A stretch of DNA of 56,476 bases, counting the filler, from Perkinsus olseni (lineage: Eukaryota): the NCBI GenBank assembly GCA_013115125.1. It is 2 parts of 2 records of this genome, joined end to end, with 100 filler letters (N's around TTAATTAATTAA, not from the genome) between each part and the next. Parts side by side here need not be neighbours in the genome. Positions count along the whole stretch, not along the records: positions 1 to 28,206 come from JABANN010000453.1; 1 more part is not named here. One strand, 5' to 3'. A program made the position numbers and the translations under genes. Positions 1 through 10,500 of the stretch are shown one piece after another. The notes under the pieces were generated by a model, which saw only the letters and a program-made list of their open reading frames with translations, did no database searches and was not told where the DNA came from. Numbering within the stretch: the stretch's first letter is position 1; every line of letters begins with the position of its first letter.

Positions 1-174
1 CTCGCGGGTCCTTCCCCGCTCGGGCCGCTACATTTGTGAGGTACCCCGCATAGAGCGAGGCCTCCGTCCACCTGGGCGTGCGCTTTTTGTCTGTTAAGAT
101 TCGCTCACACACACTTTTTCGACTCTCACGGCGCAGTTCCTCTTCCATCCGAGTTGACGGTGTAAGTTTTTTTC

Positions 175-2449
175 ATGGCTGCACTTTCTTCTTTCATATT
201 CGTCGCCAGCTTCGTCGTCCCGAGCGAAGGGCTGGATACCATCGAGGGGAAGCATAAGATTATGGGCGTCAATCCCAAGCTTCACAAGTGATGCTTCCTG
301 CCTCCGTCACCGCCGGAAGACTGTTCTTTCTCTCAGCTACTACGAGCCCGTCGCCCCGCCTCAGTACGGTGGCCATCAGTTCTTCCAGTGCGACCCTCTG
401 GCTCGCAGCGGCACGGAGCTCGTCCCGTACGAAAGCCTCAACGATGATTTCTGCGACTGTAAGGCTCTTCACTTCCTGGACGCTGTATTTTCCAAGTGCT
501 ATTGTTTTCTTGCGGCCCGACTGTTAAAGTGGCCCTCAGCTTAGTTGTCAGTTCAACTCTGCAGGTAGTAATGGTGCTGACGAGCCTGGCACAGCAGCCT
601 GTTCGCACTTCCCTGGAGCAGCGTAGGTCACTCGACCCTGCATCAGTTCTGGTCTAACGCGTATTCTCGGCAGATTCTACTGCGAGAACAAGGGCTCCGT
701 CCCGAAGTTGGTCTGGGCCTCTCACGTCGGCGACGGTGTATGTGACTGTTGTGATGGCTCTGACGAGTGGCAGCTGGGCGGGTGCGAGAACTTCTGTGCG
801 GCGGAGGGCTCGAAGATACGTCAACAGCGCGAGGTCGGCCTTCTGGGTACAGCGGAAAAGTTAGCCTCTAGCCCTTCTGGATCTGTATTCGAGCGGTTAT
901 TCGAGCTTCATCAGTAGGGCCACGAGGATTGAGCGAGTATATTCAGGCTGATCTTGAGAGGATCGAAGCGGGGTTGAGGCAAAAGGAAGAAGAGCGTTCT
1001 CATACAGATGAGAAACTCGCCCAGTGGAAAGCGGAGTTGGAGGAGCTCAAGGCTAAGCTTCCTGTAGGTCGCTTAGTCTTCGGCCTCTCCGCACAGAAGA
1101 CGCTGCCCCGTTCTGCTGCTCTCGTCTGGTATTGTTGCTTCAGCATATCATTCCCATTGCACTGGTTACTAATCAGGAACTCGAAGCTGCTAGCAACGCC
1201 GCGCAAGTGCAACTCGGACAGCTCGAACATGAGGAGCATAAAAAACGGGAAGCTGAAGCCGCGGAGAAGTCGGGAGAGAATGCCGAGGAAAGCGACGTCC
1301 TTAGTGGAGAGACGAAGGTCAGTTTTCATCGTTTCTGAAGACCCGTGAAATTTTCGACTTTATTTTGTGTATTACCAATGCGCTTTCTTTTAACGTGTTT
1401 TCTGTTGGTACTGAAGAGTCGGCATGTCAGGAAGCAGACGATGAGAGTGAGTATGCTCAGTGGATGGAGCATGAGGAGGAGAAGGATACCGACGAGGAGC
1501 CGAAGGAAAAGACTCCACTTCAAATCGCTCGTGAAAAGTATCCTTTGTTGGGTTCGAACCTGCGCCGGAAGTTGCTTCGCCTCAGGGCTAATACACTTCG
1601 CGACGAGGCCGACGATATCAAAAAGCAGGTGGAACAGCATGAGAAGAACTTGCAAACCGACTTTGGCCCGGACTACGCGTATTACGATAGCATTGTTGCC
1701 CGGGACATCATCCGTTGTGTTGTCAGGTACTTCAGCCTCGCCAATGAGTGCGTCGAGGCCTTGTTCGAGCACTACAACTATAAGATATGCTTCTTTGGGA
1801 AGGTGACTCAGAAGGTAGGAGTCCCGGCTGTCAGCTGGAGGAGTCCTCGTCACGCCAGGAAGAAGGCAGGGCGTTCTCGGAGATGCGCCTGGGGGAGTTT
1901 TCTAGCTACTACACCGACCCGGCCAAGCAGGATTCACCTACTGACTATTCAATACACGTGTAGGTCCGAGGCTTCTGTGTAGTGTGCAGTCGCGATGGTC
2001 CTGTTATCATCGGAATTTGCTGCTCTCTTTCCAAGGTTCACTAACGGTGACTGGTGCCCTGGGGGCCCTGCGCGGGAAACTAAGGTCAAGATGCGGTGCG
2101 GCGCGACACTGCAGCTGATATCTGTGAAGGAACCGTCTCGTTGCAAGTGAGTTTTGGAAGTGCGGTAGAGGCCTGTTTCGAGAAGCCGCCCTGAGCTGGC
2201 TGAGCATTGCATTTCTTCTGCAGCGGCAGCCGCTCTCCAGGTACGAAGCTGAAGTAACTCACCCTGGATCATGTTCAGCCGCGGACGTAGAGGCCCTGAG
2301 AAAGAGTATTGATGAACACGAAACTCTCTCTCAAGAGCAGTACCTCCGCCCGGATCAATACGTGAGAATGCGCTCATCGACTAAGCAGTCGGAAGTGGCG
2401 GTCCAATGTGGAGTCCCCTCAGATCACGCATGCATCGGAGGAACTGTAG
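175..2449 (+). CDS. PRKCSH: Glucosidase II beta subunit (PRKCSH-like), multi-exon
   Basis: Spliced reading gives a signal peptide (MAALSSFIFVASFVV), then NDDFCDC-NGADEPGTAAC, FYCENKG and VGDGVCDCCDGSDE, a coiled coil, and an MRH domain (YNYKICFFGKVTQ; NGDWCPGGPARETKVKMRCG). It ends in an ER-retention-like SEEL* at 2449. Confidence 0.92.
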
Positions 2450-2836
2450 GAGATGCATGTCCGCCGTTGTTGCTTCTCTAGCTATGTAGTGTGGTTTTTG
2501 GAGCTTTTCAAAATCGTGAGGAGAGGTTATTGAGTTACCAGTCGTCTTGCTAAAGCCACTTGAGAACTCGAAACGTGCAGAGAAAGGATGTTATGAAATA
2601 TTAATGAATGACTACCTAGTGACCGCCCCGAAGGAGTTCCGTAGACTTGACAAGCATTTCGACAAAGAGCGGCCTACAAATGAAATAAGATGATATGAGG
2701 GAATGCGATGACGAGGATATCCCAAGCGAGAGTGATGCTGAGTCAGCATTGTAATGGGACTAGCGAGACCTACAGGGGCCTTCGCAATATTAAGCTTATG
2801 CTTCCACGGGTGTTGGGATGACGTCAAGGTAGATGA

Positions 2837-3625
2837 TCAAGCTAACCTGTCCAAGTAAGACCTCTTTTTCGCAATCTTGGTGTAGATCCCACCGTCGTAG
2901 AAACTTGAGGTTTCGACGTCTGTATCGCCCATCTTGAAGCAGAGCCCACATATCTCACTCGCCCCCGCAAGGAAGGCGAGGCGACCTCCTCCGAAGTCGA
3001 TATCGTAGGGCTTTCCGGGCCTCTCCTGGGACACCTTGTACGGGCCAAAGACAGCTGTCTTGTCACCACTTCTCCCATTAGTGCAACTGATTTCCAGTGA
3101 CCCTGCTCGAGTGACGTAGAAAAGGAAGTGGGATCCGCTGCACTCTCCCAAGCCGCGTAGGCCGCTGCGGTAAGTGCCCTCCCTGAGAGGCAGGGCATAT
3201 CGAGTGAGGTTCACCCTCTCTCACTGGAACTGGATCGTACCAGAGTCACGATCCGGGGAGTTGAAGCTGAATTCTTCAAGATCGCCCTCAGCGAAATCAA
3301 GGGAGGGGCAGGCAGTCCTCGAGCCATTGTAGAGCACATCGATCGAGTCTATGTCGATTACAAAGTTGATGAAGTCTGGCGGCACCTTACTGATACAAGG
3401 GAAGCGAAAAGGGCCGGCCTCGAAGCTCTGTTGGCACTCTATGCCGTACATCATGTTCCCATTCTCCGTGAGATTGTAAGTCAACTGCAACCCAGAATCG
3501 ACATCTTCATACAAGAATGAGCCAGGGTTGGGGTTGTAGCCGTAGAAAGGGAACGTTCTGTCCTTGGGGTCTACTTGGGCGTTGCAGAAGGCTAAAACCG
3601 TAGCCGTGAGGAGAGTCGCCAGCAT
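2837..3625 (-). pseudogene. Lineage-specific secreted protein, paralog 1, interrupted by an in-frame TGA at 3223-3221
   Basis: ORFs 3221-3625 and 2837-3214 are in the same frame (TIQFQ*ERVNLTRY). They align across the stop with paralog 5374-6207 (TVQLEGNAIELTRY). Signal peptide MLATLLTATVLAFCNA. No introns. Confidence 0.7.
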
Positions 3626-5359
3626 GATCTAGTCTGCGTATGCGGTTGCTGAGCAGCCAAGTTGCGCATGCGTTGAATCAACGCCGTTGATGCCCCGCTT
3701 GCACGCGAACACCTCCGAGGGGAAGCTGTCCCTGCGGACTCTCGCTGAGTCGGGACTCACCGGGAACCCGGCACTCGGCTGGGCTCATGGAGTTGAATAG
3801 GTCAGGCTTCCGGTAACGGCCCTACCTTCGCGTCCCATGTTCGGCCAATAAGCTATCGCCAATGAACCGCTCGACTTCGTATGCCCCCCAACAATCTGCG
3901 TCACTCAGCGATTGCGAGCAAAGCGTCATCGGAGTGAATTGTCAGAGCAATTGTTCCGCTGACCCTAGCCTCGCGAGATGACCTTGCTGCCGTGAGAGCA
4001 AGCCGCAGCGAAGCCGGGCCCGGAGGAGAAGGTCTCGACTAGGTTCCATGTTAGAGCTACCAGCAGAGCCGTCAGGGGCCGGCGCCCCTCTGTGTATGCG
4101 TACACATCCAGTTGATCGATCTTTGCGAGTTGGCTACTCTCCACGTTCCCCTTTTTCCCATATCGGGCTTATATCCACCAATCGGTTTGGTCAAACGCTA
4201 AGTGTTCCTACTGTCGTCAGTGCCTCTGTGCCTCCCGCGAAATTCTGAATTGCCGAAGCCGTGTCGCGGAGCCTCTTATATACAGTAGATCGACATAGAT
4301 CGACACGGCGGCTATGGCACAGAGCCCAAGATCGCTTCCTCGTTCTGAACCGCGGCCCTCCCTGCGCAGTGGTGTATGAAGCCTAACTCTCGGATCGACG
4401 ACGTCGCGATGGTTTCGGCGTATGTGAGTTTAAAGTCCAACCTCGACAGTACGGCCTAGTAAGACTAGCACCGATGTACCATCTGAGGGGGATTAGTTCA
4501 GCCTATTAAATAGACTCTGTTCATCAAGCAGAAGAATGTTGCTCTCATAGCGAGGTCATCGTCACTGACGATTCGTCAGCCGGCCACGTCCTCTCCTCCC
4601 GGCGTAATCCGCTTCCACAGCTGCGGGGGCCGTGCGCGACCACGAGACACTAGCGCTTCCCGTAGTGTGTCGACCACCACAAGCATCATCTCTTAAAAAG
4701 ACAAAGAGACTCGAAAAGTCCATACCCTAGCTTAGACTCCCTCTTACCGAAGGCAGACATCCTCATTGGCAGAGGCTCGTGAGTTTAATGCCATCCCCTC
4801 GTATTAGGCATCTTGGTATCAGTGTTCTTATTCCCTGCATGATCTACTGTAGCCTTCTGAGCCTTGAGCATGGGAAGTGGCAACTTCCCACTGCTGGTAC
4901 GAGGCTGAGGAGTTACAGGCCTCTGTTCCCTCGCTCCCTCCTCCTTTTGGTCACATTGTGTTCCAAGAACTAGAATAGGTGCGCAGCTGATGCTGTTATG
5001 GCTCTATAGTATAGTCCGAAGAGGTCTATAGCATCTAAACGAGCGTTCTCTCTCTCTTGGAACAGAGGTCATTGCCACCACCCACTCGGAACTATAAACA
5101 CGCAGATGTGATGAAATAGAGACCAATGAATTCCCAATGGCTTTTCCATTGGGTATCAGAAGGCTAATGCTGTCTGAGACACGAAGGTCGAAAACGAAGG
5201 ATGAGTATAATAAGGATTCGAAGTGACCGAATTTCTAAGAGCAAAGAATGCTGATGAAAGCTTTGACCTTATATCAGACACTGCCAGTGTCACACTGAAG
5301 TTACAAAAGATACGCTTATATTCAAGGTTAGCAGTTGAGTTATTGACAGGGCGTGGCCG

Positions 5360-6207
5360 TCAGTTGGCCCTTTCTAAGAACCGCCTTCGATTCGCAATGT
5401 CGATATGTATGACCTCGTTGTAGATTCTACAATGTAGAAGCCTAGTGTTTCCATATCCTTGTCGTCAATCTCGTAGCACAGCCCGCACATCTCCTCCACC
5501 GCATGAAGGAAGGAGGGTCGAGTTTCACCAAAGTCGATCTTGTACGGTTTCCCGGGCTCTTCCTGTAGCAAGGGGAAAGGGCCAAGACCCATCGTGATGT
5601 CGACAGACCTTCCATTGGAGCACATGATATCCAACGAACCTCCTTGAGCGACGTGAAACTCAAAGAAAGCCTCGGAGCACTCGTCAAAGAGTGTCGGCGG
5701 GCGGGTTCTGAAAGTGCCCTCCGTGAGCGGCGAGTCATACCGAGTGAGCTCTATCGCGTTTCCTTCTAGTTGGACCGTAGCAGAGTCGGGTGAACTGGGC
5801 GTGAACTTGTCGAGGTCACCCTCAACGAAGTTCAGGGAGGGACAGACAGCTCTCGAGCGACTGAAGAGACGCTCGATGCCCGAGTGGAAGGACGGAGGCG
5901 TGTCAGGGTTAGGTGCATCCATGAAGCGGTAGTCGAGATCAAGGAACCAGCTTTCCACTGGCGTCCTGCCGCAGTTGCAAGGAAAGGCGAAGGGACCATC
6001 CTTGAAGCTGTCAACGCAACTGATGCCGTAGCTGACTTTTCCATGCTCTGTTATGTTGTAGGTCAAGCGCAGATCAGAGTCAGGGTCCTCGTAAACGAAC
6101 GAGCCAGGGAAAGGGTACCAGCCATATATACTGATGTCCCTTTCCTCAGGGTCCACCTGACCCACGCAGAATGCTACAGCCGTAGCGGTGATGAGAGTCG
6201 TCAGCAT
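5360..6207 (-). CDS. Lineage-specific secreted protein, paralog 2 (probable frameshift near the C-terminus)
   Basis: The 277-aa ORF has a signal peptide (MLTTLITATAVAFCVG) and is collinear with paralog 1 (QVDP, GSF.YED.DS.L.LTYN, GPF.FPC, CPSL.F.EGDL, CGLC). The paralog-like tail lies in another frame ending at 5360. Confidence 0.75.
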
Positions 6208-7555
6208 GGGTCGAGAAGGGTAACCAAGTGAGCAGACAAGTCGAAGTCCTCAATGCCAGGCCTGCACGCGGATCGTGACGCGAGCACATTCTTGGAGGAG
6301 CTGTCTCCTGGAGAATCTCACGAGTGAAAAGCAACCAAGCACCCTGTGAGTGGCAGGCGTCCTCGGGGTTGGACAGAAAATGCTTCCACGGCTGACTTCA
6401 TGGTATGTACTCTACTCCTGACCGAGAGGAGTACCATGTCGCGTTTTGTGCACAACAGATGAGTTACCCATTAAGTTCCTCTTGGACGCGTTCTGTCCCT
6501 TTGAGAATCCGTGTCGTCCTAGCCGGGGTGGTTAGTGTCCCCACGGCTGATCACAAAACAGAAGAGAGGGGCTGCCAGTTTCACTCATATCCATAGGGCT
6601 AGACTACTGTAGTGTATCAAGGTTTCTTCAATCCATTATTTGAACTCTTCCGATTACATCTGCTACACAGACCCACTGTGTCAGAGGCGCGACTGGCGGG
6701 AACGCATGTGCGGAGGAACGCATTCGCCACCGACAAGCTGTCACCAATGTGGGAGAGTTACCTCGCCTGCTTACTGTAGACACTCGAGTTAGCTGGGTCA
6801 GGGGCCCACTCGTGAGCACCCGTGAGGAGCCAACGCCGTGATATTTCCCAGGGGCCTTCCGGATGGTCCGGGGCGGATTGCACATCTTCGTGATCCGGGG
6901 GCTAAGCATAGTCGAAGGTTACATGATTCGTGTAACGTGGAGCTCACGAATGACGGTGCTTGCCCTAGGACGCATGAAGATGAACTTCTAATGCGGATCT
7001 GTATCCTTACATTAATTTCTGGAGGCAGCGATCGAGAAGTTCCCACAAGGCTTCCAAGTCACAAATCACCTTCAGCAACTGGGTAGCCGTCGGGCCTTAC
7101 TAAGGGCTCCTTAGTGAGGTGTGCGCATCATATTGAATTGCGTGAGGTGTGGTAAGGAAAGTGCTTCCGGAGGGAGTCATCTCACCGTCGAGGCGTTTGG
7201 ATCCCTATCTGCAGATTTGAGGAGCAAGATTAAAGTTCATATTGCGACAGAGACTCAGTGCGGCCCCAGGTGATAACGATGCATGTGAGAGGTAACGAGA
7301 AGTAAGGAGGGCGGGATGTGCTAGAGAGCCTTCGGTAGAAAATACTCAGACGAGGCAGGAAGACACTGGGAAGGATTGACCGCGTCCGATGTGAGGACAG
7401 ATTTGATTGCGACTGCTTCATACATCGCGATTATCGCACATGATTCGGCGTTACGAAACGGCCGCAACGACGGTCCTCTCCGGCTAGTAACGGCTCATGT
7501 TGAAACGCAACAGTCGATGAATCGACTTGCTTCCATTCAGTTGCTTAGTGTACAG

Positions 7556-10500
7556 TTAAGTGTCACAGGGACCCGACCGATGGATTGTCATCACACAGAA
7601 GGGACCCGCGTATAAATCAATTTTATCAACTTTAGACGTAAATGGTACTTCTTGCGCTTGGCGGCTTTGATTCTCAGCATCCTGGCCGATCCAGCTCGGT
7701 AAATGCGAGAGATCTACAAGCTCTGGCTCCGCGGCAAACCGGAGGACAGGAAGGCTCCGCCGTCGATTTTGAGGGCGACGAGACTCCATCTTGCGAAGTG
7801 CATTGGAGTCCATGGAGAAGTTCGGCGTCCACCCAAGACCAACTGTCACTCCACTCGACGGTTTCTTAGTAGCCTTCGGAGCCGCTGCGACGGTCTGAGA
7901 GTTCGAGAAGGCACATCGACGAAGTCCGGTGAGAAAGATGAAGCCTACTTCGGGAAGAGATCCGGGGGCTTCCTCCTTTGGTTCAACGCGCGACAGAGCC
8001 GCCTCCTTCTTAGCCGCCTTGGTCGATTTCCTGCTTCCCGTTTTCTTCGTCGGAGCAGGTTTATCATCCGCAACCGAAGCTGCTTTCTCCGACCCCACCG
8101 GTCGCCGAGCTTTCTCCGACTCGTGGTGCTTCCGCGACGAGCCCTAATACAGGAATATCATGAAAAACAGCGAGACACTCGCAGAAGAGCACGAGGACTC
8201 ACCTTCCGAGTGGGCTCCTCTAGCTGGGGGAGTTCCGGCATCACCCGGCTGGCCTCGTAATCCTTTCGGAGCCGATCTTGTTCCTTCGAGTCTGGAGAGC
8301 TCTCGAACGCCGCCATGAGAGCCTCGTAGTTCGTATCCCTGCTCGGCCAGTAACAATACGAGGCGAATGGCAAGCCTCACCATGCAGCCTGGTAGGACTT
8401 CTGAACGTCAACGCCCATGCCGTAAGCGTCCGAACCGATTCTGATAGAGGCATTGAGCATAACGGCAGGAGTCGGGTGCTCACTTGTTGTAGAGTAAACA
8501 GTTGTGGAAGATCTGGTCCATGTCTTTCTTGAACTCTTCTGGATTGGGGTAAAAAGGGATTCGTTTCCTAACGACGCCAAGGTCCATCGGCTCTTTAATA
8601 ATGCTATAATAATCCTTCACGACAGCTTCCTCGAGACCGTATCTGCCATCACAAGATTCACCCGTCGGTCCCAGAGATTCGCCGCTGGAGGGATATTGCT
8701 GGCTGCGCCCAAAAGTGAGCGGACCCGAAAAATATGGGCAATCTCTTACTTGAAAAGAGCCTTGTCAAAGATGTAGCATATCTTAGTTCCGGACACGGGA
8801 TCCTTCGTGTTACGAGCAACGCTAACGATCCGGTTGAGATACCTAATGCAGGAGGAGTGATACGACCGCATAGGGAGCTGCCGGCCGCCGCGCTTTACCA
8901 TCGCCATTCGTGTTCTTCTCCGGAAACCGAGCCCCCTGCTGGTCCTTCGCCTGGTGTTTCCGGTGTCGACGGACGAGCGGCGGTTGCATGACGCGAGATC
9001 TTGGATACTCCCTGACCGGGTTGATGCCGTTGAGTAGGCCGCAGAGTCTCGCGCAACAATAGCGGAATCAACGCTCGGACGGTGAGCCGAAGAATGAACG
9101 AGGCTCACCTTAGGCTTATGGGAAGTACGGGACTTATTCGCCTTTTTCGCAGAAGGGGGTGACGCGAAAGCATCCACGATGGACTTCTTCTTTTGTTCTG
9201 CGGCTCTTCCTGTGGCGGTGGTCGAGGAGACCTCGCCTTTGGCTCCGGCCGTAGCTCCACCCGTTTCAGCCTTAACAGCAGTGCCAGCTGCCTCAAATGG
9301 TGTGACAACAGTGGCAGCATCCTCATCGGTCGCAGTAGCTGAGGAAAAGCGAAAACGAATACGGGTGCGATCGGTACCAAGAAGCTGCTTCAGTGAGGCA
9401 AATCTTGTTTTCCACAAGCGTTTATCGCCACTAGCCCCCAGGAGGGAGTTCTCACCTTTGATGCGCTCACCGAACAGGTCTTCCTCGGGACTCTCGCCGC
9501 TTTCTACGGCTACCAGCTTCGGAGACTCAGCTCCTTTGCCCTTGACGTCCATATCACCACCAGCATCAGCTCTACTCGGGGAGGATACAGAGATATCTGC
9601 AGAGCAGGTGATGGCGGGCAACTGTACTATCGATAGAACAACTTCTTACTCTGCGCTCGCTTGGAAGGGATGGGTAGCGTTAAAGCCGGGGGTGGCGGCA
9701 CGGGTGGAGTTGCTGACAGAACAGCGCTCACCCGTGGCACATGCGGTCTGGAAGGCAGCGGTGTTTGGTCGCGATACCCACGCTGAGTCTCGGCGGCGGG
9801 TGGTTTCTCCTTTGCAGATGAGCCCGTCTTGGTCACGATGGTCTCGGTCGAGGGGCTTGGTGGAGATGAGAGATTCTCAGAAGAAGATGGCGACTGAAGC
9901 GGGATCCACATGCGAGCGCTCCTCATACAGAAACCCCTGAAGGCTCCCGAGGGATCTCACCGGTAGTGAGGCGAGCTCAGAAGGCGAGGCGGAACAGAGC
10001 TCCGAGGGTGAAGGAGAGTCCCCTGATTCCAGACGTCGTTTCTTCGTAGAGCGCTTATGGTGATGATGGTGGTGATGATGATGCCGGTGTTTCTTCTTTG
10101 CCTTCCTATCTCCTTTAGAGCCTGCCACCAGTCTCAGTACCGAGGGGGATCCAATTCGGCATCAACTTACTCTGTTTTTCGTCCTCCGAAGGAGAGGGGC
10201 TCCTCAGACTGCTAGCAGCAGGGGATGCCTCCGAGCTAGAGGGAGAAGGCGAGGCGGAGCGGTTGGGCCGGGAAGATGCGGGCTCCCGCTTCTTTCTTTT
10301 CTTGCCATGTGCCGGCTTCTCAGACTTCCCCATCGCCGCGTGAAAGCTGGAGGCGATACTCTGCATCTTCTTCTCCGCTTCCGAGTTCTTATCGAATACG
10401 AGGGAAGATATAGGGGCGAGGTCATCGCCGGAGCTGCTGGCACTGGGGCTCGGACTAGTACTACTCCCTAGAGGGGACGATACCTTCTGCTCGCCTGATA

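Noticed and set aside
3221-3223. Selenocysteine or alternative genetic code for TGA
   Set aside because: The aligned residue is Gly, no SECIS was seen, and TGA serves as a normal stop in other genes here.
3597-3605. ACCGTAGCC, matching the 5' end of the spliced leader
   Set aside because: A 9-nt chance match antisense to signal-peptide codons.
5108-5177. GTGATGA...CTGA box C/D-like pattern with an internal hairpin
   Set aside because: No proper terminal stem or recognisable guide. The region is the 3' flank of paralog 2, and its counterpart near 2587 lacks the C box.
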